A DNA stretch of 64,000 nt, taken from positions 6,634,001 through 6,698,000 of the forward strand of contig NC_134025.1 in the NCBI RefSeq assembly GCF_964204645.1, given 5' to 3'. Both the position numbers and the translations under genes were made by a program. The notes beneath the pieces are model-generated. The model was not told the DNA's origin and made no database searches. It was given only the letters and a program-made list of their open reading frames with translations. Below, one piece after another: positions 40,483-54,340 of the stretch (its first letter is position 1; each line of letters begins with the position of its first letter). The DNA comes from Tubulanus polymorphus (lineage: Eukaryota; Animalia; Nemertea).

Positions 40483-42843
40483 CCTGCCCTTCATTCGCAT
40501 GTGCACATGAACGGAACTTCTCCCTCGAGAGCAAAATTGAGATGATAGATGGCAACAAACGCCTAAGTTCTCATCCTTATATTCGTTTCCATTGTCTGAA
40601 AATGAGAACTGAAACTGACTGAAACATCTGAGGACGGACAATACTCAGATGTAGTTGATAAGTTATTGCTAGTCTAATTCATTGTGACTCAGTGATTTTC
40701 TCATAGGATTTATGAACACCGTTCTTCGTCATAATGTGAATACCTAGTTGAAAGGCTGTTTATTGATATTAATTATGCAAGGTTCATGAAGTCGGGTAAA
40801 TGTCACTATTCTGAGAATATACCAAAACGTAAACAGCAATGAAATGTTACATCATGCAGGATATTAAATGTAGTAGAAACAGATCTTGACTTGCGTTACG
40901 TAAAGAATAAAATTTGAGAACATTTTGAAATAATCAACAAGTGTTGAATTATTTTATTTTCATTTTAGTTTATCCTGAATTTGTACTGCGTGTTTGAAAA
41001 AAATGTGATACACCAAGTGACCTGCTTTTTCGTTTGGAATTTCTACATAATTAAGAGGATATCCTTGCTCACTCGCGTCATATTGGATGATACACTGTGA
41101 GATGAGGTGCATCACAAATATTGGAGAATTCGCTAGAATTGCAAGTTGACAAATCTTCAGAGAATTAATTTAAGCTCAGCCATGCGCGAAGAAAGCGTGA
41201 CCACAATCACGTGGCATGGAATGGACGTTATAAACTTTATTATTTAGAAATTACAAAAACAAAAGCACATGTAAAAAATCACATTTTCTGAGATGTTGAA
41301 CAATATAAATTCAATGAATTCGTACGTGAATTTCATACATGCATTGTCTGGAGTGATTCGATTGGTGTTTATGGAAAGCGAAGAAATTACCAAAAATTAA
41401 TTAATTTTTTGAAGTGATTAGATTATAGACGGTGACGAAATGCACTAATCTCGGCATTACTCGGTACTTTTATTTTCGAGTTGACCCTCATGCCGAAGTG
41501 TACCAGTCTGAATGGTTGCCCGCCTTGGTGGTGCCGCGTAGGAAGAGTATCAAAATGGTACATTGGTCATCGAACGTAACGGCGCGAGTTCGGCTTCCCC
41601 AACTGTTGCAGTGAGGTTTGAGAAAAGTTTCAACTGGTTAATCCTTGGTAGATAGAAAGATAACTTTACTTCATCTTGAAAATGATAGTTTTATAAGGAT
41701 ATCTACATTAAACATGATACAACTGAGTATTTCAACATATATATCTATATTTTTGGCCAACAACATCGGGTCTTCAGTGAGTGTATTCACCTGAATGGAG
41801 ATCGCTAGCGCTAGGCCTAGGCTAATCTCGCAATCTGTGAACCATGTGTTTTTCCGAATCGAAAAACATCATGGATATTGATTCATGGGTTCTAATTCGT
41901 TTTAGAGTCCGTGATTGATTCAAACGATGATGCAGTATTTCGCACCCAATGAAGCATCGCATCAAACACTTTAAGAAAATCGTTTTCCATTTCAGATATG
42001 ATGGTCCAGTGGCGGGAACATTTGCAGTTCAATGTCTATTGACTCATCAAAGGTGTGTCCGCGACTGACCACGGACATCCATCACGACTATCAATTTATT
42101 GCTTGAAGCAAATAAATATCGAACGCGTGTAAGTAAAATTAATACCTAGGCGGTTTGCACTTTGCGGATATTTAGTCAGCTGTCATATGAAATGCATTTA
42201 AGGTTATATTTAAACAGTTAAGAAGCTTTCACGTGTCACATACAGATTCTCGTCTTCACTCGTGGAGATAATCGGAGTTGGGTTTCAACTAGAAGTTCCG
42301 TGCATGAGTTTCCCCTGAAACAACTACATATATGATGTATATACATCAAAGTGAAATTCTAAAATCAATCTCCTAAAACTGCAAACATTCGCACATGTGA
42401 AAGTACCCCAAAATGCAATTGCCAGCTTACGTAATTGAGTTCATAATTCAGGACCTGGTGAGCGGGCTACGGTTGCTATTTGCGAGGTACGTACCAGCTG
42501 AGCACGTCCCAAACCGACCGGAATATTGTGAAATACAAAAGATAAAGTGTTAATTTTGACGTCAAACGATTCGATCCATGCATTAGACTTTATCAAATAT
42601 TCATAGCAACCAGTAAACTGGAGGACTGCACAACCGTCCTATACGATACTGCAGCAAGCCACATGAATAATGTATTCGTTTCTTGACAACGGGACGATGG
42701 AAATCATGCAGCGAGTCCGTAACTGTCAAGCGAGACACACATAAACGTGATGATATCTACAATAATTGTGCCATATGTACGCTGAAATATCGCCAATATG
42801 ACAGATTCTTAACTGTTTTTATATATCAAGACAAAGACGAAAA

Positions 42844-45800
42844 ATGGGACTTTGTGGAAGTAAGGACGGTGTCGATTCAACACTGACATATCATTTGCAA
42901 ACGTGTCACGAACATGAAGCTGGAGTAAACTGTATGGCTGTGAGCGAAGATGGCTCGGTGATAGCGACAGGGAGCGAAGACCGAACCGCCAGACTGTGGA
43001 GTAGTAAGACCGAACGATGCGAGTGTATAGGTATACTGACCGGGCATCAGGATTACATCAACTGTATCCTGATCGAAGACAATTACGTCGTGACCGGTTC
43101 GGCCGATAAAACTATCCGAAAATGGGACATGGGTACATGCGAATGTGTGCTTGTCTTCAGTGGTCACAAGTCGCTTATTAATCGAATCATATGCAACGGA
43201 GATTTTATATTTAGCAGCTCGTACGACCGATCCGCCAGATGCTGGGATTTCGAGTCGGGGGAATGTATTCGGGTATTTAATGGACATAAACGAGGGGTCT
43301 ATCCCTTGATATTCATTCCCGGGGAAGAAGAAGAAGAGCCTGTAGACGAATACGACTGGGACGCTACGAAAGACATCCTCATCACCGGAGCGGCTGACTT
43401 CATGGCCAAATCATGGTCATTTGAAACCGGAAAATGCCTGAAAACTTACAAGGGACACACGGGTGCAATCACTTGTATGGCGACTGACGCTCTGGGCAAA
43501 GTGTTATTTACTGGAGGGTCAGATCAGTCGGTCCGTAGCTGGGACATAGCCAAAGGTGACCAGCTCAAACTATTCGAGGGCCACCAGGGAGCAATTATAT
43601 GTTTACAGGTAAAGGTACCAGCTGTCCACGCTCTCCAGCTGCACTCACGTCTCTCACTTTCTCTTCTTCCGGTGTCAATACCAAACACTCCCTTCATTTC
43701 TTCACTCTCCAACTTAAATTCCGTGTACCCAAAATGTAGATATCTCAAAATATAAACGCCTGATTTAAAGAACCTGCAATTGCCGATAAAAGAGATGGAA
43801 AAGAACATATCATAGAGGTCTTGCACGTGACGTCATGGTTTGTTTGCCAACCAGTGTTGAGATCTGCCATACATAACACAAGATAATAAAAAGCGGATTC
43901 ACAAATTTTGAGGGTCTGTCATGTAATTGAGTTATTGCGTTTGCTAACCAATACGGCGTAATCGCGTCAAAAATGACATTACTGCAAGACCTCTTACTCT
44001 ACTTCAGCATTGATTCCTTGAGCCGCAAAATGCGAAGAGGCCGTAAGAATTTTTTTCGAATCACAGCTACCTGCGTGTGGTTTACACGGCACCACGCACC
44101 TCTATCATGCTCCCAGCTTGAAGTAATTATAATAGTAACGCCTAGCTACCAGCTTTTGTTTTCCGTCACTATTTTGAGATCATGAGGCCACATCAAAACG
44201 ATAGCAATGTCTACTTTTAGAAATAGGGAAATTACTTTGAATGATCATCATTTGGATTTGTAATGAATATTGTATCTACAAATTCATTAATAAATACACT
44301 AACTCGTAATTTGAAAACGCCCATTCTAAATTTTGTTTCCCAATGGATTATATAATATTGCAATCAAAAGCGTCATCGCCATAGTCATCGTCAGCGGGCG
44401 CAACTTTCATGAAATGAAACTGATAATTGCCTGTTCAGCGTGCACCATTTCAAGGCTCGATGAGACAAAACTCAATGATGAGAATGTATATAATATATTA
44501 TGCCACTGTGTTTCATGTTAGCGCGCAGAAATATCTATTTTTCTCTTGTAAAAGTAATTGTTCATGTATCGGACTTCACATTAAGTGCCATTCGTTTCCC
44601 CTAGTTACAATATTTTGTTTATAGCTATAATTAAAAAAGAAACCACACCGACGTGATAATTGTTTATAGACTATTCACGTTGTTTCTAATTTCAATGTTA
44701 TTTTGAAAATATCAATTACGAAACCTTGTGGGTGTCCATATCAAAACAGTATACGATAAGTTGATCGTCAATCAATGGGACCAAAATGGACACTTACCAA
44801 TTCCAGATTTTTGCAGAAATTTCAAGTTTGATTCCTCGCCGTGTGTTGTTTTTCAATATTTACCTAAAATATTACGGCGATTATTAATCTATATGCATTT
44901 ACCACAACCAATGGTCTAAAATCCATAAGTAGGACACAATAAATAGTTTCCTTGCTATCTAAACGGACACGCGGCGTAATAAGTTTATGATCTAAAACGT
45001 GTTCATCAGCATCCTCTTCAGATAAAACAAATTCCTTATCAATCTGCTCTCTTTTCTCAAAATCATGTCGTTATTTGAGCGGATTCATAAAAGCTTTTAT
45101 AATCGCCATGTTTTTACGATTAGTATTAATTTCCCCCACAATAAGCACATGAATAAGGTAATAATCACAGTCTTTACTGAATTTTGATTTCTATATATCT
45201 GCCATATTATGATACGTTACAAAAATCAGCTGATTATTTCTACCCTAAATCAAATTGGATTTGACGATACCGTACTACAATAGATTGTGCACCAATCTAA
45301 TTATGCATTTAATGTTCTCGGACATGTGCAGTCGTAATAAATGTAGAAAAAAATACCAGAAAATTCTACATAAAAGAATATGGCTTCATCCAAATATGGA
45401 TCGATTCGACTGCAGTCTTTCCAACATTCAATTGAGATAAGAACCCCGTAAACACCACTTCTAAACAGCAATTTCAACAGGCACATCCGCTTCCGCTTCA
45501 CTCGAAATACGCCAGAAACTGTCAAACCGACGCAGAAAGTTTGTGATACTTTTTTGACGTTTAATTAAAATATCATTTCTTCGAGTCTTGTTGGGAATTT
45601 TTGACGTGAGTGAAAACGATAAGAATTTTTATTTTGAACCCGTTCTCTCTCTCCAATCTTCGACTCGTCGATAAAGATGTTCGTGATGTTTGCTCGCGCT
45701 CGTGAATAAATAATATTTAACTGATACAGAAATAACTGGTCAAAATATCGAGTCAATTCAATTCGCTAGATGATAGTTGATATGTTACGCCCTATTTACA

Positions 45801-48800
45801 ACCTGACATTTAATCCACATCGTTTCCACTCTTAATTTCAGAAATTGATTACATTCTATTCAGATAGCCGCAGTTGAAATGTATCGATCTTGCAGATTGC
45901 CTCACAGCCGCCCTACTGATTTCATTTGAAATCTTTATTGAAAAAAAAAATCATTATTGGTTTTCACTTGAACGAGATCGCAGTAACACCTTCACTCAAT
46001 GGTCTCTATAGCAACTGGGGTTTTGTCAAATCAAATAAATAAATGCCGGACCGGTTTCTTTTCTAAATTCAATGTAGGTTTAGGAATATTTCTTAATTTT
46101 CTGTTTCGATTGGTGGGTTAGTGGCATAGGTCATAATGATTAACTCCTAGGTGCACTGCGATTATCATAGGAATTAGGGTTTGTAAAGGGTTTTTGGAAC
46201 GTCGAAAAATGACTATCCGAATCTATTTGATACGAATTATCAATCAGTTTTCATCGAGCTAAAATGTAAAGCATACCAATTTAAGTAGTCGAATAAACAC
46301 TCTAATCCGTATACACTGTGGATAATTGAAGAAGTCCTACAATTTTCATATGATAGAAATCATTGAAACCACAACGTTTCGGCGGTTGACTAACAGCAAA
46401 ATTACATTTTATCTATTTTTGCTTACAATCATCATCAGGTGGAATGACCAGAGACAAAAGTAACAAAGTATATGATATAGATATATCTACTATACTTTAA
46501 ACTCACAGGACGAAAATAGAAGATACATCATAATAAATTCTAACAATTAAAAGTTCGAATTGTGGGACTTCTTCAATTATCATACCCAATTTATGCGCAA
46601 ATATACATTTACCATGGCAAAAACTATTTCATCTTTTATCGAGCCGACATGCAAGGTTTGTCTAGATAAAATTGGTAACCACAACCTATGAAAACAATTT
46701 CCATGTACAATTTCTATCATCTCGTTGTTGTATTCGATGTCTGAGAAGATGTCGAGGTGTGAAATAATTATGATGTTTTATTCCTGGTCAGATATTAAGC
46801 AGGAATAATGAAAACTATGTGCCGAGAAAGATCCTTTAAAGTATCATCATTACTTTTTCTGACTTTGTACTTACCTCTCAATTCACTGACATGATATTTC
46901 GTTCATCACCCACCTATCAGGGCGATAATTATGTGTCCAGGGATCATAAAGAGTAGAATATCGCTACCTGGCGCCGGGGTACAGTGACAGATAACTGTTT
47001 ATTGCGGTGTAAATGGCCTTTAAATACAGGAATATGCTCAAATAACGCCATGCCTAAAGCCGATAAGAACTGGCAAGTGCGTATCATCGGCGAATATCAA
47101 TTAACCTTACCACGGACTTATTCCTGGGCAGACGATCGTCTAATTTGAATACGAACTCAATCGGCTCTCAGTAAATGCACGCTTTATAAAACTGAGTTTC
47201 CGTGACACACGTATACCTTCGAAAAAAACGCATTCGGTCGCAACGTACGGTAATTACTGCAAACAACAGTCATCGGTGGCTTTTGATTTTCCGCCGTTTT
47301 ACATTTGGAATCTGTTTGTCTTCACATCCGCTTTGACGTCATCGACAACAGCAACCGGCGTGATAGATGTTTTTCTAGGTGTTACTGATTCATATTGTAT
47401 CATCTTCTCTTCCATCGTTTCATTCGATTTACGTGAATATTCAAACAACCACAACCCGTATTACCTTACGCTTGAAAAGACTACTGTTTCATCATGCATA
47501 TTTGAAATATTCTAGATTGAAATCGAAAATCCAATCAAATCATGCTATTTTATTTTTCATGGACTAATTTAGGATGCGTGATTTCATTGCGTTTGAAAAT
47601 CAAAATTTTGAAGATTTTACTCCGATGTGTTTCGTCAGAATCTATAATTCTAAATCTTGAACAGTCTTTTTGCCCAAAAATGATTAAAATGAATAACAAA
47701 AATAGAGAAAATCTGTGCGCATATGCCAGTACCAAATGTATACATGTGAGGCATTTGGCTACCTCTACAGGCTATTGGGAAGACGATATCAATGTTTATA
47801 ACCTCACCAGCGCTTATTGCTGCATTGAATATATGAATGAGTAATATCATTAAAAAAGTTAATTATCAGCTGGTTTGATCGATATTTTCACTTTGTTTCT
47901 ATATTATTCCAATCCAGAGATATGAACGAATGAAAAAAAAATTAAATGGGGAAAAATATTGAGAAAAAAATCAACAACGCGGACCGAGTGGGTACCCAAA
48001 AACATGGCGCCTAGAAACTGTAAAAAGGCTTGTGTGATGATGATAGTAGGGTGTCTGTAGATGTTCCTCCAAAATGAGACACGTGTATGGTGGTGATAGA
48101 TTGGTGGTACCAGGGATGATAGTATAATTGATTTAAAAGGAGATTTACTATCATTTTGTTTGACGATAGTTCGTGATTCAATGTCACCAAAAACTGCGAA
48201 GAATCAGAGCTCCCTGTTTCAAGAAGAAGCAACTCCATTGTTATACGCCCATCTTTCAATGATTTTAGATGTCTGATATGTCTGGAAATTATACGATATC
48301 GTATGTTGAAACACCCCTATTCGCAAATAATGTTCTTTTACATCATTTTCATCTCGTCATCTGCCTGATTTTCACGTAGTATTTATTCACGCCGCGAGAG
48401 CATATATACCTCTGAAATGAAGTACGATTTCCTGATCAAATAACCATCATTATTAGACAAATAGACTGTCTCTCGGGGCTGCACTGCAGCCATTTCAATC
48501 ATCACCATTATAGTCGGTCGGTCAGTCATGTCAGTCACTTCAGGGGATTTTTGATATTCGTCTCTTTGGATCTGGAAAGCATTTCCCTCAACTGTAAGAA
48601 AAAAGGCCATCGGTTCGTTAACAGGGAAGCGCTGGAAGTTGCACAATGTTCTGAAAATGAACCCTTTAGAAATGACCATAAAGTAATGAGACAATGCCTT
48701 AGTGTCGCTCCATGATTATCAGTGGCATCAAACCTATTAACACGAAATCTCATGAAAACCGGGCAACAAATATCAATTTATGAGAATTGGACGGTTTCGC

Positions 48801-51800
48801 ACCATTAAACAAGCATATAACGTGTATCATAGAGCATCATTAGCAAATTGACATTTTACGTAGTTATTGGCGCTTATATTCATGTAACTGGCAGCCACAA
48901 TTCACCTAGAAATATCAGACGGGATTGTAAATACACCCGGGGCTCGTGGGAAGGGAAGAAAAGCACTTCATCGGCCGCAACTCTCGTGTCAACTGCTGTA
49001 GTATTAAAACCGGAATTCAACGCCGTATTTAGTCGACTCGTACGTTGTGTCAAGTACATGTGTGACGCTGGAGTGCCGTCATTTAAATGGCAATTTTGAC
49101 GTTTGAAATTAGTTTTTGAATGCAAAATGGCCATTTTACTAATAGATTGGTCGGTTCGATGACGGGCACCGCCCGTCGATCAGCTGCAGATTGACGTTGT
49201 TACAATGCGCAGCGTTAATTACGGTTTACCCATCTCAATCGAGTACAATCAAAACAATTAGTAAAATTTCATGACTGAATATCAGCTATATGCCATTAAG
49301 TTTCAAGAGTGATTTGATGAACGAATTTTCGTTTTCACAAGCCTGCAAAAGGTTCCGCAAAATTTCGGCCAAGTCGAAAGTAGACTCTTGAAAATATGTG
49401 AGTAGTGTACCAATGGCGTACTCGGCGTGCATGAAGTACAAAATTGAAAATGCGCAAAATGATGATAAAAATGCTAGTTCGAGACACGTCGATAACAAAA
49501 TTATTTTCTACCATCGGCCTTCATAATATGTGTGTAGGCTTTAGCCTCATTATATTTTTTTTCAATTTTGCAATTCTGCTATTTGGAATAGAGGATTGGA
49601 AGCTTTTTCATGTAGGTGTACTCGTCGGCGGGCAATTACTTAATTCGTATCTCTCCCAGAATAAACCATGCAAATTGAACATTCACCTCAAATCAACTTT
49701 TTCATTTTCCATTATCTTTTCATATCAAATTCTTATTCCTCATAAGTGAAAATATGCAAATAAACCTGTAAATTCATATCTTTTATTCCTCAAAAGTGAA
49801 AATATGCAAATAAGCCTACATTTTTGTAAATTCAAATTTTATAGGTGGTGAATAAGATCATGTACACAGGTAGCAGTGACCATACCGGTCGCTCGTGGGT
49901 TACAGAATTCGGAGATTGTACCAGAATATATCGAGGCCATAAGCATACTGTTAGTACAATCAGACTTCATGAAGGACTAGGTAAGTTTGTTCCTAATATA
50001 AAGCTTATACATCTAATTCTGACAAATCTAAGTTGACAAGTAAAAAAAAAAAGAACATAGAGAAACGGAAAAGTCAAAAGAGAAACGGAAAAGTAAGGGA
50101 ATCACCTGCTTACATTCGTATACATAAGACCTGTAACTATCCGCTTTGTATTCTGGTCTGGTATCAATTCGGCTCTTATCTCCGTATACAGACCAATGCA
50201 GTACCATCAAAAACATGATTGCAATCCTTTTTATATATGATTTATTGCTGCTATTTGCACATGCAATTGACCAGAATTAACAAGTTTACCCACCACCCTA
50301 ATCCAGTCCCTATATGAGCCTCTCCTCGCTGAGGTTTGCGGGGTTGGGGGATGGGGTTGGGGTGTTTACGAAACAGGTCTTTTTACTTTTCCCATAGTGT
50401 GGCGATTTGAACCACATCTGAAGGATAAAGATTAGATTTAAATTACGTGAATATATTTTTCAGTTATAACAGGATGTGGTGACGGTATGGCGCGGTGTTT
50501 TAACGCCAAGTCCGGTTCGTTGAAGCGTGTCCTCCGAGGTCACGAGTCCGCTGTCAACACACTAGAGGTCGCTACTAGTCACATAAAAAATGTTGTGTAG
50601 ATTATTATCATGTAAATACAACGAGAACTTCAAAATTACATGAAGGAATCTATAGCAGAGGCTATTCGAGTGCCGTCACAATGGCCATAAAGCGCGCTAA
50701 GCGGAAGTAAAAAGTTTTTGACGTATGAAACACGTGACGTGACTAAACCGCAATTTGTGATTCACTTCATCATTTTCCAGTTTCCAATTAAAGGTCTCAA
50801 CGTTATAAACAGTTTCTCATTTGAAGTTCTCGTTAGATAGCTGGAAATATATTGAGCGACTTTCCAATTTTTCAAATAATTCGCCAGTCTCGAAAGAAAA
50901 TATGTGTACGTATTTATGGAAAAGAATATTTGGGCGATATCCAAAAAGCTTTATCTGAATTTGAAATCATATGGTGAATTGTTTGTACATTGGATTGTTG
51001 TTCGCGTATGGTTTAAATGGTATAGCCCACACGTGCCAGTCGGGAACTACATCCTTTAGCCCAGACTGGACTTTCTGGTCAAGGAGCCCACCTTATAGAC
51101 CCCCTTCTAGAATAGTCGTAATCCGCACTTAACAGCACCAGCGTCTCATGTATATATACATTATCCCGTTATTTACTATCGTAATTCTTTTTGTTTTATC
51201 CATTAGTATTCACAACATCAGGGGACGCTATCGCCCGCTGTTTCGATGCCAAGTCGGGCTCACTGAAACGAACGTTTAAGGGACACGAATTATCCGTAAA
51301 TTGCCAACAGGTTAGATCTATTTATACGTTGAGATTACGAGGAGGGATTGTCGCCACTTGTTGCGGTTTTCCAGGTCCTGCGTTGTGAGAAATCCTTCAA
51401 ATCAAATTCGAGTTTTATATACTCTTGCGTCAATAATGATTTGTATTTTGTCTCGTCTCGGTCTTGTGTGCTATACGTATAGGGGTGCATGCCATGGCTG
51501 TATCCGGCATAGATATGGATCTAAACATCATGTCCTCGACAAAATAACCTGTTCGCTTCACACGCCTCACATTTGCCTGACTGGTATCTTCATCAAATAT
51601 AATGATATCATTTAAACTTCAAGCACAAACACAAATATATTCTCACACTCATGTGATTTCGATCATTCGAAATATTCGGAAACGATCATTTACAAATGCG
51701 ATATTTCATTCGTTAAATAGCAATATTGACGTCGTTGCCACTAACATTTTGTGCTTGTTATCTAGATGAAGCTTGAATGAACCAATAGAGTTTCTATGCG

Positions 51801-54029
51801 TTGCTTAGCAATTATTGAATGCCTCAACTTCACCAGCATTAGAATCAATGTTTTAGCACTCAACATTCTTCCTATTTATGTGTTCTATGTAACTTGTCTT
51901 GTCTTGATGTGTTGTGTTATTCGTATCACGTATTTGTTTGTGCTTTTCTTCGTGATGCACGTGTTACATGAGCTCGGTGCTTGTAGTTCGTGAATGTACA
52001 TATTACCATCTTCCGCGCCATTATAGTTTATCAGAACCCATCTAATCGCGTGAGGATATCCGATGTCAAAACGAGCATTAGCAACACAAACAATCGTTAA
52101 TGGTTGAATTAAAAAGCTTTTACGGTCTAAAAAGTTTGTCTCGGATTGCGGCCTTTTAGATTTGTTGAAATTGCGGTTTTAGCTTTCGATGAACTCCACG
52201 AAATCAGAAGCGCGTTACAAAAACATTCATAATGTTTCCAAAGGTCAATTTAAAGAAATCGTACTCCATTTGATAATGTTTCCGTAATCATACATATTTT
52301 TGGTGATGTAAGGCTTATTTTTAAGGAATTATACCACTATACTCGTAGATCATTTTATCGTTTTATTTTCGGCAACCTTTTACAATTCGTTTGAACGCAT
52401 TTCGCGTGAACGTATAGGTTCCAGAGCAATTATATAATTATTTCTCAGTCGCTCATCTCACTGTCTGTTGTCTAGTTCGAAATCATTCGTGTATTTGATT
52501 AAACATGCACACAGCACGATAATCCAACTAATTGCCCTTCCCCAAGTCACGATCGCCTTTTCACCATCGGCTTACCAACGATCGTTGCTATGAAATAGAA
52601 ATTATCGTTCAAAAGCTTCGACCAAATAGTTTGTACTAACCATATCAAAATGGTTAATACGTAACTCAAGGTTAAACTAGAAGTGTTTACATCACAGAAG
52701 ACTATTTAGTGATATCATGATATCATGATTTGAACTATATGAATTGAAACCATGCAGCTTTTCGCTGTATTTTGGGCGGTTCTCGGCTAACCCTGATAGC
52801 AAATTGGCTAAAAGTACTTTTGAAATTGCGACGCCGGATATGTGACAGACATCGCAATCGCTTCGTGGAACGGTTATTGTAGAATCGTCTACGTTGATAT
52901 AAACCAGACTAAGCTACCGATATATCTTAGGCCTACATGGCATAATTCCAGCGCAAACTTTCGAGAGGATTTTGTTCCAGCGGCGCTCTACTTTAGAATG
53001 AGAATTGATCTTCGATTGAATATGAATGTGAATTCCATTCATAACTAAACACAATAGAAATGTAAAGAGTTGCGTGATGTTATTAACAAATCAAACTAAC
53101 ACCGAGTTGTATATACCCCATAGTTTCGGCAATATTAGTTTCCTCTATTGCGATGAAATGCTCCACTTTCAATAAATTTCATGGCAATTTCGTGATTTTT
53201 AAGACTTGGTGGACCGTATCCTGTTATATAATAAATATAAAATTATGTATTCGAAAGATTTACGGATGAAACATCTGAAAACTTCTGAATGTTACCTTGA
53301 AAAACAATTAAATAGAACGCATAATGGCGATCCGTTTGGAAGCCTTGTTCCATTCGACGTTATTCCTCAAACATTTCTTATTTTTGGACATCGATTTATT
53401 TTCGTAACCTTTTTGTTGAACATGCCCTCCTTCAGCGGAATATCATGCTCACCTCGAAAATGGAGGGGGGATGCGATTAATTCTACTGACATTTTGAAAC
53501 GAGGACCGACTGTTGTGGTTATGATTCCCTCCACACTTCACGCAATTCAGTTATCGTAAAAATGGCTTTAAATGACGTCGGAAAACTTTAAATAATTCAC
53601 TGTATATCCAATTGCTACAGAATATTGTTTGAAATTTATCAATTTTGTCAATACTGTGTATCTATTCGAGCCGAATAACTTACAAAACATATACATTTGT
53701 TGATGTTGCAGATAGTCGATGGAAGACTTTTCACCGGTTCGCATGACGGAAGTGTCCGCGTCTGGGATATCACGGGTATGAAGGATGACGTCACTTTCGG
53801 ACGGGCAGACGACAAGAAAAACTCCGAGCAAAAGAAAGAGATCGAAAAACTGAGCGGGATGAAAACTGTCGATGGTAACCAGAATGGAATTAAAAATGGT
53901 GACAGTAAAATCATGATCGGAGATGAATACGCGGAGAGTAATATGCAGAACGGAAATACTGAACACCTTATTGCTACTTCAGATATGACGTCACAAAACA
54001 GAGAGAAAGGTCCTAGAGATAGATTCTAA
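42844..54029 (+). CDS. WDR86: WD40-repeat protein WDR86-like; exons 42844-43608, 49845-49980, [50464-50567 OR 51207-51310], 53712-54029; ~440 aa
   Basis: Repeats colinear with WDR86 as recalled (TGSEDRTARLW, FSSSYDRSARCW, GHTGAI, GD..AR.F.A.SG, SHDG.VR.WD); phases 0/1/0 are consistent only when exactly one 104-nt exon is used. Confidence 0.88.
43812..43994. mobile_element. Degenerate MITE
   Basis: AGAGGTCTTGCACGTGACGTCA versus inverted TGACATTACTGCAAGACCTCT. Confidence 0.55.
46321..46581. mobile_element. MITE with 24-bp TIR
   Basis: GATAATTGAAGAAGTCCTACAATT / AATTGTGGGACTTCTTCAATTATC (1 mismatch); no clear TSD. Confidence 0.65.
49720..49819. repeat. ~50-bp imperfect tandem duplication just upstream of WDR86 exon 2
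   Basis: TTATTCCTCA(T/A)AAGTGAAAATATGCAAATAA occurs twice 50 bp apart. Confidence 0.8.
50464..50567 (+). CDS. WDR86: WDR86 alternative exon 3A
   Basis: ttttcag|...|gtcgct; 104 nt, phase 1-0; encodes VITGCGDGMARCFNAKSGSLKRVLRGHESAVNTLE. Confidence 0.8.
51207..51310 (+). CDS. WDR86: WDR86 alternative exon 3B
   Basis: cattag|...|gttaga; 104 nt, phase 1-0; encodes VFTTSGDAIARCFDAKSGSLKRTFKGHELSVNCQQ. Confidence 0.85.
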
Positions 54030-54250
54030 CTTTGATTCTGTCCATATTTCTTAGGATTCGGCTCTATTGATAGTTTTCTTAGGTGTAACTAGTCTCGTAG
54101 CTGCGTTGATATCATTCCAATCTACCAAATCAGGAGAATCTAATCTCCCGATTACTTCTCTCCTTTTCTATTGAAAATTAGGAAAAAGAAATCCGCAAAA
54201 TTCTAAGATAAAACAAATCCCTTTAGAATTAAAGCTTAGATACGTTATTA

Positions 54251-54340
54251 CAGCCAACCCCCGATAAATACAACCCCTTTACAACCACCACCCCCCACCT
54301 TGCACCAGGTTTCCGGGGGTGGTATATCGGGGGTTGACTG
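54251..54340. mobile_element. 90-bp Tc1/mariner (pogo-like) MITE downstream of the WDR86 stop
   Basis: TA|CAGCCAACCCCCGATA...TATCGGGGGTTGACTG|TA; ends related to the 7650-8359 element. Confidence 0.8.

Noticed and set aside
41432-42128. ORF 41432-41614 and exon-like segment 41996-42128
   Set aside because: Possibly 5' UTR exons of WDR86, but no coding signal and cannot be confirmed without transcripts.
43609-43755. C-terminal 48 aa of the 303-aa ORF as real WDR86 sequence
   Set aside because: WD similarity stops at the CAG|GTAAAG donor and resumes at 49845; this is read-through into the intron.
47970-49200. Nested gene or transposase remnant in WDR86 intron 1
   Set aside because: Short ORFs on both strands with no motif I can recognise.
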